From an uncultured Gammaproteobacteria bacterium (GTDB lineage Bacteria; Patescibacteriota; Microgenomatia; UBA1406; GWC2-37-13): 64,000 nucleotides of DNA. Of this stretch, positions 44,948-55,500 are shown piece after piece; the first letter of the stretch is position 1, and each line of letters starts with the position of its first letter. The stretch is from NCBI GenBank assembly GCA_964550105.1, contig CAZJWN010000001.1, positions 1,413-65,412 of the forward strand, read 5' to 3'. The notes below the pieces were generated by a model. That model saw only the letters and a program-made list of their open reading frames with translations, was not told the origin of the DNA and ran no database searches. The translations under genes were made by a program, and so were the position numbers.

Positions 44948-46729
44948 ATGCGTCATATCAGACTCATCACCTGTATACACATATTCGCACTTCTCTTTTG
45001 TACAACTCCTTCGTATGCATCGATTATCGTGAGCGAATTCGCAATTGATACTCCACAAAAAGTTGAAGTGTCTAATACTGGCCCGGCAGTCGTCGATATA
45101 TCAGGATGGTATATCGACGATGACGGAGGTAGTAGTGCTTATTTTACTATTCCCATCAACACAAGTATTTCACCCAATCAATGTATAGTTTTTAGTGGGA
45201 CTTTCAATCTGAATACCGCCTCCACAGATCAAATCAGATTGTTTGATCAGTCTGCACCTCCCTCAGCGGTGGGTGCACAGCTTGTCGATAGTCACTCCTA
45301 TACAGGTTCACCAGGGACTGGCAAATCATATTCGCGTAATCCACACACATCAAGCACCTGGGTCGCTCAGACAACAAGTTTTGGATTGTTCAACGATAGT
45401 CTCGCAGACTGCAGTACAGTGAGCATCAGTCCAACACCCACAGCTACTCCAACTGATGTGCAGATACTTTCCCCAACACCATCATATAGCCCTACTCCCC
45501 TTCCTACATCGACGCCCACCCCGACAGTCATCCCGATACCAAAAGTGTATCTCAGCGAAGTATATGCCAATCCGACTGATGACCAAGATGAGTGGATCGA
45601 GCTCTACAACGACTCAGAGTACGTGGTCGATCTCCAGGGCTGGTTTGTAGACGATATTGAGGGAGGAGGATCGAGTCCCGTCGCACTCACCGGGTCTATA
45701 AGTCCCAAGCAGTTGTATGTTGTGGTGATGACCAAGACTATATTTAACAATACAAATGACAGCGTCCGCCTCATCACCAATCAAGCAAATGTCCTTGAGG
45801 TTTTCATGTATGACCACACTGACGTAGCTATGAGTTGGGCAAAGCCGTATCCCGAATCTACCTATTTCTGTACACAATCACCTACACGTGGCCAGCAAAA
45901 TCATGCGTGCAGTACCACCGATGGGACTACATCTACTCAAGCAGCTCAAGTGACGCCCTCAGCGATCCCCACTCCTACGCCGACCATAGACATGCCTGAT
46001 CAGATTTTTCTCTCAGAAATATTTCCCCAACCCTCCAGCGACGACAGTGAGTGGGTCGAATTGTTCAATGATTCTGATTCGACCGCATATTTGAGAGATT
46101 GGTACATTGATGATATTTCGAACGGAGGAGCTGCCCCTCGTATTTTTTCTATGAATATTGCATCAAAAAGCTTTGGTGTGATTGAATTTAGTCAGCAATT
46201 GATGAACAATGATGGAGATACTATACAGCTATTGGATCCACGAAAAACACTTGTTGAGACATTTACATACACGAGTTCAGACGAAGGTTTATCAATCGCA
46301 AAGTCATCACTTGAAGGATCGTCCTGGTGTTTTCAGGTACCAACACGCAATGGACCAAACACGAGTTGCATCGCTCCGAGTCCCACCCCTACACATCGAC
46401 CGACAACTACCCCAAAACCGACAGTGACGCCTCGGGTCGCAGTGAGCAAAAGCAACTCTGACTCCTCTGTCCTAGGCAAGACGACAAGTAGTACTAGTTC
46501 CGGCTCGACTCGTCAAAGTTCATCTCGTACACCTGTCGAGGAGATTGCGTTTGACGACAGAAAGTCGGTGACTGAATTTGATGATATACCAGAACCTGGA
46601 GCTGAAACACAACCTATCTCTACGCTCGCAAAAGGCCCAAAAACTACGATCATCGATACCTTGCAGGTCATACTTGGTATGATTATGGGCACAGCTATAT
46701 GGCAAATCATGAAAAGGCCCCCCTCTTAA
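44948..46729 (+). CDS. Secreted, membrane-anchored protein with three lamin-tail domains (LTD) joined by Pro/Thr-rich linkers
   Basis: Signal peptide, then three repeats: IIVSEFA...VEVSNTG..VDISGWYIDDDGG; VYLSEVYANPTDDQDEWIELYNDSEYVVDLQGWFVDDIEGGG; IFLSEIFPQPSSDDSEWVELFNDSDSTAYLRDWYIDDISNGG. PT-rich linkers separate them. C-terminal TM LQVILGMIMGTAIWQI. Confidence 0.8.
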   Translation: MRHIRLITCIHIFALLFCTTPSYASIIVSEFAIDTPQKVEVSNTGPAVVDISGWYIDDDGGSSAYFTIPINTSISPNQCIVFSGTFNLNTASTDQIRLFDQSAPPSAVGAQLVDSHSYTGSPGTGKSYSRNPHTSSTWVAQTTSFGLFNDSLADCSTVSISPTPTATPTDVQILSPTPSYSPTPLPTSTPTPTVIPIPKVYLSEVYANPTDDQDEWIELYNDSEYVVDLQGWFVDDIEGGGSSPVALTGSISPKQLYVVVMTKTIFNNTNDSVRLITNQANVLEVFMYDHTDVAMSWAKPYPESTYFCTQSPTRGQQNHACSTTDGTTSTQAAQVTPSAIPTPTPTIDMPDQIFLSEIFPQPSSDDSEWVELFNDSDSTAYLRDWYIDDISNGGAAPRIFSMNIASKSFGVIEFSQQLMNNDGDTIQLLDPRKTLVETFTYTSSDEGLSIAKSSLEGSSWCFQVPTRNGPNTSCIAPSPTPTHRPTTTPKPTVTPRVAVSKSNSDSSVLGKTTSSTSSGSTRQSSSRTPVEEIAFDDRKSVTEFDDIPEPGAETQPISTLAKGPKTTIIDTLQVILGMIMGTAIWQIMKRPPS

Positions 46730-47133
46730 GACGAATCATCCGTTGGATCCCTTCTGCATGTGTCATGGTAGTGATTTTTTTTGCCTCAAGCCGAACACGT
46801 GTCCAGGCGAGTGAGGCTCCTTTGTATAACTTTATGATATTGAAGTCCCTTCACGCCTGTGGATATGCCCTGTTGACCCTCACCAACGCCTACGCCTTGA
46901 GTACCTCTATGAAAGGCCCTGCACTGTGGCTCACTGCGGCATTTTTGGCCTTTGTATACTCGCTCTCCGATGAGTTGCACCAACTCTCGATCCCCACTCG
47001 CTCAGGAAGTGTCCGTGATATCGGTATTGACCTGATCGGAATCATATCTGTATACTGGTTAGGCAAAGCAGGATATGTATATACACTTCAAAAAGACATT
47101 GCGTCATATTTTCGTGCCAGGAAGACACAATAA
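46699..47133 (+). CDS. VanZ-like family membrane protein
   Basis: 144 aa, 4 TM segments. Characteristic SDELHQLSIPTRSGSVRDIGIDLIGI. Overlaps the upstream gene by 31 nt. Confidence 0.75.
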   Translation: MANHEKAPLLRRIIRWIPSACVMVVIFFASSRTRVQASEAPLYNFMILKSLHACGYALLTLTNAYALSTSMKGPALWLTAAFLAFVYSLSDELHQLSIPTRSGSVRDIGIDLIGIISVYWLGKAGYVYTLQKDIASYFRARKTQ

Positions 47134-48082
47134 TCATCAAGCTTCTTCTGTATCTCATACGTCGCTTACTGCATATCTATGTCTCGCTATAGTGAGCTTT
47201 GTGGTTTTACGCAACTTGAGCGCTCAGACTGGAAATGTGCTTGGATTTGCCACTGATGTGAGCTCAGATCGGTTGCTGGTGCTCACCAACGAGCAGCGTG
47301 CATCCAATGGACTTTCAGCACTCAGTTACAATCAACAGCTCTCGGCAGCAGCTGCAGCAAAGGCACAAGATATGTTTTCAAAGGGGTATTGGGCGCATTT
47401 TGGCCCAAATGGTGAAAGTCCATGGAATTTCATACTTGGTGCTGGGTATCAGTATGACTCTGCAGGCGAAAATCTAGCCAAAAATTATGCCTCGAGTGGT
47501 GATGTGGTGAATGCATGGATGAACTCGCCGACACACCGCGATAATATACTCAAATCGAATTATCAGGATATTGGTTTTGCAGTGGTAAACGGTACGCTGC
47601 AAGGAGAAGAGACGACGCTTGTGGTCCAGATGTTTGGGAGCCACTCTGCGTTTGTACCGTTACCAACGGTTGCCCAATCATCCATATCTATTGATGATAC
47701 TGAGCTTGTGCAGGTTGCTGCCATTGTGCCTACCAGCACACTGCCTACAGTCACCCCACTCCCAACGGCTACGATTGCGCCAGAGGTACTGTCCGAGATA
47801 GATCAAGACCAAACAGGTGACAGCACCAATCAAGACTTTGCACAAATCAAACAAGAGATCAATCAAACGCCACGAACAACTCCTTCTCTGAATCTGTATC
47901 CAGCATTTCGTGTCATCATTGCCCTTCTCGTTGGGTTTTTGATTATTGCATTTGTGATCGACCTTTACCATATAAGCAGGTCAGGTGAATATCACCATCG
48001 TGGCAAACATTTGGCCCACGTGATATTCTTGATCGCCATACTGATCGGCATGTTCTTTTTGGGTCGTGGAAGCATTTTATAA
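47075..48082 (+). CDS. CAP/SCP (YkwD-like) domain protein with N- and C-terminal TM anchors
   Basis: NEQRASNGLSALSYNQQLSAAAAAKAQDM...YWAHFGPNG...AGENLAKNY...VVNAWMNSPTHRDNIL..YQDIGFAV. PT-rich linker PTSTLPTVTPLPTATIAP. C-terminal TM segments. Confidence 0.8.
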   Translation: MYIHFKKTLRHIFVPGRHNNHQASSVSHTSLTAYLCLAIVSFVVLRNLSAQTGNVLGFATDVSSDRLLVLTNEQRASNGLSALSYNQQLSAAAAAKAQDMFSKGYWAHFGPNGESPWNFILGAGYQYDSAGENLAKNYASSGDVVNAWMNSPTHRDNILKSNYQDIGFAVVNGTLQGEETTLVVQMFGSHSAFVPLPTVAQSSISIDDTELVQVAAIVPTSTLPTVTPLPTATIAPEVLSEIDQDQTGDSTNQDFAQIKQEINQTPRTTPSLNLYPAFRVIIALLVGFLIIAFVIDLYHISRSGEYHHRGKHLAHVIFLIAILIGMFFLGRGSIL

Positions 48083-48094
48083 AGTCAACTATTT

Positions 48095-48379
48095 ATGAAC
48101 CATCTTATCCGATTTATCCACCATGAGATCTGGCATAGACATCTGTTTGACTATATGCTCATTGTGATATCTGCAGTGCTGTTTGTGCTCGGGATGCAGC
48201 TATTTTCAGGACAGAGACAGGCGCAGTTCTTTTGTATCGTGGCTTTCACCGCCTGGTACATAGTTTGGGGGGTATACCACCATATCCTGACTCGGACATT
48301 GCGCATACGCATCCTCATCGAGTATATCCTGATTGGATTTGCCATCCTTTTTTTCTCTCTCACCTTGGCTTTTCCCTAA
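48095..48379 (+). CDS. Small hypothetical membrane protein (3 TM segments)
   Basis: 94 aa, hydrophobic, co-directional, and 12 nt downstream of the CAP gene. Confidence 0.45.
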   Translation: MNHLIRFIHHEIWHRHLFDYMLIVISAVLFVLGMQLFSGQRQAQFFCIVAFTAWYIVWGVYHHILTRTLRIRILIEYILIGFAILFFSLTLAFP

Positions 48380-48463
48380 TCAGCCGACTCCAAGTCATTT
48401 TACATTTCACACATCAGGGTTTACAATCAATCTGAATATTCTTGATAGTTCATTTGTACTCAT

Positions 48464-49195
48464 ATGAAAGGTATCATCCTGGCTGGTGGCAATGCAACCC
48501 GATTGCGTCCATTGACGAAGATCACTTCGAAGCAGCTTCTGCCCGTGTACAACAAACCTATGATTTTCTACCCCATTGAGACGTTGCGTCAAGCTGGGGT
48601 CACCGAGATACTCATCATCATTGCTCCCCAGTACGCAGGGCAATTTCTCAATCTGCTGGGGTCAGGACGAGATTTTGGCTGTAAGTTCACCTACGAGATA
48701 CAGGAAGAGCCACGTGGTCTCGCCGATGCTTTCATCCTCGGCGAGCACTTTATCGCAGGTGACGATGTGATGATGGTCCTTGGCGATAATATATTTGATG
48801 AAGACTTCTCAGCTACGGTAAAAGGATTCAAGCGCGGGGGGCATGTCTTCGCCAAAGAAGTCCACGATCCACAAAGATATGGCGTGATTGAGTTTGATGC
48901 TCAAATGAACGTGAAATCAATCGTCGAGAAGCCATCTGAGCCAAAAAGCAACTATGCTATGGTTGGGTTGTATATTCTCGATGACCGTGCGTCTGAATAC
49001 GCTAAAAGGGTAAAACCTTCCAATCGAGGCGAAATAGAGATACCCGATGTCATCAATCAGTACCTCGCTACAGATGAGCTCAAAGTATCAGTCCTCAAAG
49101 GTATTTGGGAAGACGCAGGCACATTCGACTCGCTGATCCGAGCAAACCAATATTGGGCAAAAAAATCTCAGACCTCACCAATCCCTTCGAAGTAG
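48464..49195 (+). CDS. Sugar-phosphate nucleotidyltransferase (short-form glucose-1-phosphate thymidylyl/uridylyltransferase, RmlA-like)
   Basis: MKGIILAGGNATRLRPLTKITSKQLLPVYNKPMIFYPIETL, EEPRGLADAF, VLGDNIF, VEKP..PKSNYA.VGLY. Confidence 0.85.
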   Translation: MKGIILAGGNATRLRPLTKITSKQLLPVYNKPMIFYPIETLRQAGVTEILIIIAPQYAGQFLNLLGSGRDFGCKFTYEIQEEPRGLADAFILGEHFIAGDDVMMVLGDNIFDEDFSATVKGFKRGGHVFAKEVHDPQRYGVIEFDAQMNVKSIVEKPSEPKSNYAMVGLYILDDRASEYAKRVKPSNRGEIEIPDVINQYLATDELKVSVLKGIWEDAGTFDSLIRANQYWAKKSQTSPIPSK

Positions 49196-49217
49196 GTAAG
49201 CAGGAGATAGAATCAGT

Positions 49218-49245
49218 TTGACACTGGGTAATCTTTCTGTATAAT
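49218..49245 (+). promoter_or_regulatory. Consensus sigma-70-type promoter upstream of rpoB
   Basis: TTGACA (49218-23), a 16-nt spacer, then TATAAT (49240-45) with TG immediately upstream. Lies about 75 nt before the rpoB ATG. Confidence 0.6.
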
Positions 49246-49319
49246 GTTGTCCTAGCCGGCACTATTTTGAGCGGTTTTTGTTGTTAAAAAAATTTGCACA
49301 ACCTGCTTCCGCAAGCGAT

Positions 49320-52300
49320 ATGGCAAAACCTCGAGATCCCCAAAACCCTGCGTTATCAACCCTTCTTTTAGGAACTCCTGAGAAGAACCTTGAAAAGGTT
49401 GATCTCATCGAGATTCAGAAGACGTCATGGAAGGATTTTGAAGATAGGCTATTTAAACAAACCGTTGCGAACTTCTTCCCTATCGAGGACTATACAGGTA
49501 AAAAGTTTTCGCTCACGTTCCAAGACCTCTCATACGGAAAACCACGCTACGATATCGAGCTCTGCAAAACAAAGAAACTCACCTACGATCGTCCAGTCTA
49601 CGCAAAGCTGGAACTCCATAATAAACGCGAGGATCAGCTCAAATCTCAAGAAGTCTATCTATGTAATCTGCCCATCATGACCAGTCGAGGGACTTTTATC
49701 ATCAATGGTATTGAGCGCGCAGTCATCAGCCAAATCGTTCGGTCACCTGGCGCATATTTGACTGCAGAAATAGACAAAGCCACTGGCTTGACCCTGTACA
49801 ACGCTGAGATTCGCCCATACATCGGAGCCTGGCTTGACTTTACCATCAACAAGCAGGGTGTCATCGAAGCAAAAATCAATCGTAAGCGCAAGATGCTTGC
49901 GACCGTATTTTTGCGATTGTTTGACGGTGACGACAATGCAGGTATTCGCAACATGTTCCAAGATATTGATCAGGAACTTGTGGAAAAATACCTTGTCCCA
50001 ACGCTCAAGAAAGATCGCACTCATTCCCGTGAGGATGCGGTGATGGAGTTTTATCGTAAAGTGAAACCAGGAGAGCCATTGGTAGTGGAAAACGCCTATA
50101 AAACGCTCAATATGATCTTCTTCGATCAGAAGCGATACTCACTCGGTGAGGTTGGTCGTTACAAGCTGAATCGAAGACTCGGCACCACTGCTGAAAATAG
50201 TCCTGAAAACCATCTTCTGTCGAAGGAAGATGTCATAGCTGCAATCAAAAAACTGTTGCTCTTGACCAAACACGAAACTACTTTTGATAATATCGACCAC
50301 CTCGGCAATAGACGACTCCGCACAGTCGGTGAAATCATCGCACTGTATGGGGCACGTGTCGGCATGGTTCGTGCAGAAAAAGAAGTCCGTGAGCGGATGA
50401 GTCTCGTGGCATCGGAAACGCAGGTTGCTCCCTCACAAGTCATCAATACAAAGCCCATCGCCACAGCACTCAATAGCTTCTTCCGCACCTCTCAATTGTC
50501 CAATATCATCGATCAGACCAATCTACTCGCCGAACTAGACAACCTCCGTCGTATCACCGTAGCTGGACCTGGAGGTATCGAAAAAGAGCGCGCAAGCTTC
50601 TCCATCCGTGATATCGGCGCGTCTCAATATGGTCGTATCTGCCCTATCAGATCACCTGAAGGACCAAACATCGGAGTTGTCACCTACTTGGCTATGTATG
50701 CAAAGGTGAATAAATACGGTTTCCTCGAAGCACCCTACCGCAAGGTTGTCGCAAAGGGCAAAAAGATGTTCCCTACCGATGAGATAGTATTTTTCCAAGC
50801 TGATGACGAAGACCAATACTACATCACTGCTGCAAACGTGAACTACAACGATGACGGTTCTATAAAAGACGATGTGGTTGTAGCTCGACATATGGGTGAG
50901 GTAGCGGAAGTACCGGTATCACAGATTCAATATATTGATATTTCTCCGCGAGAAGCCATAGGAGTATCAGCTGCGCTGATACCTTTCATCCAAAATGACG
51001 ATGCCTCACGTGCGCTCATGGGTACCCACATGCAATGTCAAGCGGTACCACTCATCAAGCCAGCAGCTCCATACGTTGGAACCAGTATGGAAGGTCCCAT
51101 CTCAACTGCTCTTGGTCGTACGGTACATGCTCCCGAAGATGCAACTGTTGAGTATATCGATGCAAAAAAGGTCGTACTAAAAGGTAAGTCAGGCCAAACA
51201 TACACATACGATCTCGAGCGCTTCAATAGAACCAACAAAGATGTATGCTTTGATCAGAGACCCCGAGTAGAGCCAAAGCAAAAAATCAAAAAAGGACAAC
51301 TTGTCATCGATGGTCCTGGTACGGACAATGGCCGATTGGCCCTGGGTCAAAACCTGACCATAGCCTACACCTCTCTCCATGGATACGGATATGAGGACGG
51401 CTTTGTGATTTCGCAGCGACTACTCAAAGAAGACATTCTCACCTCTATCACCATGGAAGAGTTCGTTGCAGATGTCGTCGATACTAAACTTGGCCCCGAA
51501 GAGCTCACTCGTGATATCCCAAATGTCCGTGAAGAGCTACTTGCAAATCTTGACAAAGATGGGTATATCGTCGAAGGTACCTCTGTCAAAGGTGGTGATG
51601 TGCTCGTCGGTAAGGTTGCCTCAAAGGGTGAGCGTGAACTCACCGCAGAGGAAAGGCTCCTTCGAGCTATCTTCGGTGAAAAAGCAAAAGATGTCAAAGA
51701 CACCAGTCTTCGTGTGCCCTATGGTAAACGTGGTGTCGTGGTGAACGTAGACACGATCGATGGCCAAAAAGACCCCAACGAACTTGAGCCATCTGTTCTC
51801 AAACGTGTTCTCGTCTATACGGCCAACTTACGCAAGGTACAAGTCGGCGACAAGCTAGCCGGTCGTCATGGAAACAAAGGTGTCATTGCCAAGATATTAC
51901 CCGAGTATGACATGCCATACCTTGAGGATGGCACACCCGTTGATATCATCATCTCACCTGCCTCTATCCTTGCCCGTATGAATATGGGCCAGATATTTGA
52001 AGCAATACTCGCAAAGATTGCTCAAAAAACAGGGATGCGCATCGATGCACCCGTATTTGAACGTATCAAAGAAGAATTCATCAGAGGTGAGCTCAAGAAG
52101 CTTGGACTCCCACTCGATGGCAAACAAAAGCTCATCGATGGTCGCACCGGGCAGGCATTTGATCGACAGGTGTTGGTTGGAGTTGGATACATTCTGAAAC
52201 TCATCCACATGGTCGAGGACAAGTTCCATGCTCGATCTGTTGGACCATACTCCCTCGTAACTCAACAACCACTCGGTGGAAAGAGTCAGATGGGTGGTCA

Positions 52301-52532
52301 AAGATTCGGAGAGATGGAAGTCTGGGCACTCGAGGCTCATCGTGTACCACACGTATTGCAGGAGATGTTGACGATCAAATCAGACGATGTCCGAGGACGT
52401 CAGAAGGCATTTGAGTCTATCATCAAGGGTATAGATATACCTCAATCATCTGTTCCTGAATCATTCAATGTGCTCGTGAAAGAGTTGAATGCGCTTGGAC
52501 TATCAGTTGATTATATCGGTTCAGAAAATTAA
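49320..52532 (+). CDS. rpoB: DNA-directed RNA polymerase subunit beta (compact form)
   Basis: Conserved blocks GTFIINGIERAVISQIVRSPG, RRLRTVGE, FFRTSQLSNIIDQTN, SPEGPNIG, NMGQIFE, GGQRFGEMEVWALEAH. ATG at 49320 is preferred; TTG at 49278 is possible. Confidence 0.95.
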   Translation: MAKPRDPQNPALSTLLLGTPEKNLEKVDLIEIQKTSWKDFEDRLFKQTVANFFPIEDYTGKKFSLTFQDLSYGKPRYDIELCKTKKLTYDRPVYAKLELHNKREDQLKSQEVYLCNLPIMTSRGTFIINGIERAVISQIVRSPGAYLTAEIDKATGLTLYNAEIRPYIGAWLDFTINKQGVIEAKINRKRKMLATVFLRLFDGDDNAGIRNMFQDIDQELVEKYLVPTLKKDRTHSREDAVMEFYRKVKPGEPLVVENAYKTLNMIFFDQKRYSLGEVGRYKLNRRLGTTAENSPENHLLSKEDVIAAIKKLLLLTKHETTFDNIDHLGNRRLRTVGEIIALYGARVGMVRAEKEVRERMSLVASETQVAPSQVINTKPIATALNSFFRTSQLSNIIDQTNLLAELDNLRRITVAGPGGIEKERASFSIRDIGASQYGRICPIRSPEGPNIGVVTYLAMYAKVNKYGFLEAPYRKVVAKGKKMFPTDEIVFFQADDEDQYYITAANVNYNDDGSIKDDVVVARHMGEVAEVPVSQIQYIDISPREAIGVSAALIPFIQNDDASRALMGTHMQCQAVPLIKPAAPYVGTSMEGPISTALGRTVHAPEDATVEYIDAKKVVLKGKSGQTYTYDLERFNRTNKDVCFDQRPRVEPKQKIKKGQLVIDGPGTDNGRLALGQNLTIAYTSLHGYGYEDGFVISQRLLKEDILTSITMEEFVADVVDTKLGPEELTRDIPNVREELLANLDKDGYIVEGTSVKGGDVLVGKVASKGERELTAEERLLRAIFGEKAKDVKDTSLRVPYGKRGVVVNVDTIDGQKDPNELEPSVLKRVLVYTANLRKVQVGDKLAGRHGNKGVIAKILPEYDMPYLEDGTPVDIIISPASILARMNMGQIFEAILAKIAQKTGMRIDAPVFERIKEEFIRGELKKLGLPLDGKQKLIDGRTGQAFDRQVLVGVGYILKLIHMVEDKFHARSVGPYSLVTQQPLGGKSQMGGQRFGEMEVWALEAHRVPHVLQEMLTIKSDDVRGRQKAFESIIKGIDIPQSSVPESFNVLVKELNALGLSVDYIGSEN

Positions 52533-52569
52533 TTCGCTCATTCGTATTTATATACCAATACCTACACCT

Positions 52570-55500
52570 ATGGATGATCAAAAACCAAACATCAACTTTG
52601 CTGGACTCCGCATCCGCCTCGCATCACCTGCTGATATTGAGAAGTGGTCAAAGGGAGAAGTGACAAAGCCAGAAACCATCAACTACCGCACTTTCCGACC
52701 TGAGAAAGACGGTCTGTTTGATGAGCGTATTTTTGGTCCTACCAAAGACTACGAATGTTATTGTGGCAAATATAAGCGTATCCGATACAAGGGTATCATC
52801 TGTGATCGCTGTGGCGTAGAAGTGACAACTGCTGTGGTGCGTCGTGAACGCATGGGACATATCAAGCTTTCTACACCGATTGCCCACGTGTGGTACTTCA
52901 AAGGAGCAAATTCTCCTCTCGCTACTCTCCTTGACATACCGGTACAGATGCTTGAGCGCATCATCTACTATGCTGCCTATCTGGTAACAGGAATCCATAA
53001 GGAAAACCAAAAGAGTTCCCAGGAGGCACTCGATAAGCTGAAGGCTGTTGAGATAGCTCAAATTGAAGCCCAGTTTGAGGTCAAGCGTGCTGCTTTGACT
53101 AAAGATTTTGAAAAACAAAAGGCCGACACAACCAAAAAGATAACAAAAGCTGAACAACGAGACATCACTCTTTCTGAAATCGATTTGCGCGAGCGTGAGT
53201 CTCAAAAGAGACTGTCAGATGCATTTGTTGAGCGCAAAGCACAGGTAAGCGCTACATTTGATCGCGTCATCAAACTAGTCAAAGAAGCGACCATTCATAG
53301 TGTTCTTGAAGAAGAAGATTTCCTCTTCCTTCGTGAGAAAGAGCTCGATGGATTCGCAGAGGTGGGTATGGGTGCAGAAGTACTCTATCAGATGCTTGAG
53401 CAGTTTGACCTCCATGAGGCGCTCACAGAGGTTCAGAAACTACTCTCTGAAGCAAAAGGCGAAAGACGAACAAAGCTTTTGAAAAAATCACGAGTCATCG
53501 AATCATTCGTCAAAAGCAAGATCAAGCCAAGTTGTATGATGTTTACGCTGCTTCCCGTGATCCCTCCAGATCTTCGACCTGTAGTGCAACTATCCGGTGG
53601 AAAGTTTGCCACATCAGATCTCAATGATCTATATCGCCGTGTCATCAACCGCAACAATCGTCTCAAGCAGCTCCTCGATCTCGGTGCTCCTGAGATCATC
53701 TTGCGCAACGAAAAGCGTATGTTGCAAGAAGCTGTAGATTCTTTGATAGATCTGCAAAAATCACGGGGCAAATCTAGAGTGGTCGGGTCGTCACAAGCAA
53801 AAGCGCTCAAGTCACTTTCTGACGTGCTGCGTGGTAAGCAAGGACGATTTAGACAAAACCTATTGGGTAAACGTGTCGATTATTCTGCACGGTCAACCAT
53901 CACTGTAGGTCCAAATCTCAAAATCGATCAGTGTGGCTTGCCAAAAGATATGGCACTCGAGATATTTAAGCCCTTCTTACTTCATGAAATCATGATTCGT
54001 GGACTTGCTCCAAACATCAAGGCAGCCAAAAACTTTCTCGATGAAAAGCAGCCAGTCGTGTATGACATCCTCGAACAGGTAGTCAAGGGACATCCTGTCC
54101 TCATGAACCGTGCACCTACTCTTCACAAGCTTTCAATGCTTGCCTTCTATCCCGTGCTTATCGATGACACTGCAATCCGACTACATCCCACGGTCTGTGC
54201 AGGATTCAATGCAGATTTTGATGGAGATGCCATGGGTGTATTTGTTCCACTTTCCAAAGAATCGATCGAGGAAGTGAAGTCAAAGATGCTTGCAAAGCAC
54301 AATCTATTGAAGCCTGCAGATGGATCTCCAATCGTCATCCCAAACAAAGAGATGGCTATAGGAGTGTATTACATGACTTCGATGGATCAAATATACATAA
54401 ACAAAAAAGACGAGAATCTTCCGCTGTGTGAATCAATAGATACGGCTGTCAGTCTTTACAACCTCGGCAAGCTTGAGCTCAGAGAGCCTATACATGCACG
54501 TATTGCTGGAGTGACCCTAAAGACTACAGTAGGACGTATCATGTTCAATGCACTTCTCCCCTCTGAACTACAGTTCATCAACCAAGAAGTGAAAGCCAGT
54601 GATATCAAGTCGCTTATCACCAAAGCGGTGAGATTGTTTAATGACCATGACAGAGTTGGCGAGCTCATTGATAATATCAAGTCTATCGGCTTCTGGGCGT
54701 CAACCATATCTGGAGGTCTCTCAGTATCTATCTTTGATTGTATAGTGGCAGAAGGCAAGCAGGCGGTACTTGATGAGGCACAAAAGCAAGTCAAGGTCAT
54801 CGACTCAAATTATCAAGAAGGTCTGTTGACTCTTGATGAAAAGCGTCGTTACTCAAATAAGCTCTGGATGGAAACGACCGAGCAGTTGGCCGACATGACA
54901 TGGAATGCGATCGATGAAGAGAATCCTGTCAAGATGATTATTAAGTCTGGAGGAGCTCGTGCTTCTCGTGAGCAACTAAAGCAACTTTCGGCCATCAAAG
55001 GACTTGTTGTTGATCCTATGGGTAAGATCATCGATGTGCCGACCAAATCAAACTACCGTGATGGTCTTGGTATTTTTGAATATGTCATCTCAGCACGCGG
55101 AGCACGCAAGGGTCTCACCGACTCAGCACTCAAAACAGCTGATGCAGGATACCTGACTCGTCGTCTGCATGATGTCGCACACGATATGATTATCCGTGAA
55201 GAAGCAAGTGAGATGACTCAATACCTAACCATAACGACCAAAGGTGATCGAGGCGAGAAGTTCCCTCTACGTATCTATGGACGTTTTGCAGCCAACGATA
55301 TAAAGTCAAATGATACGGTCATCGTCGCAAAGAACGAGCTCATCACCGAAGAAAAAGTGGCAGAGATCGTCAAGGCTGGAGTGCATAGTGTTGACGTTTA
55401 CTCACCACTCTTTAGTACTTCAAAGCAAGGTTTGTGTCGTCTTTCATACGGTGTCGACCTATCCAATAATCAGCTCGCAGAAATCGGTCTACCTGCCGGA

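Noticed and set aside
45420-46440. Repetitive Pro/Thr-coding stretches (ACNCCN-type) that could look like a spacer-repeat array.
   Set aside because: They are in-frame linker-coding low-complexity sequence inside the LTD gene. They lack constant-length direct repeats and unique spacers, so this is not a CRISPR array.
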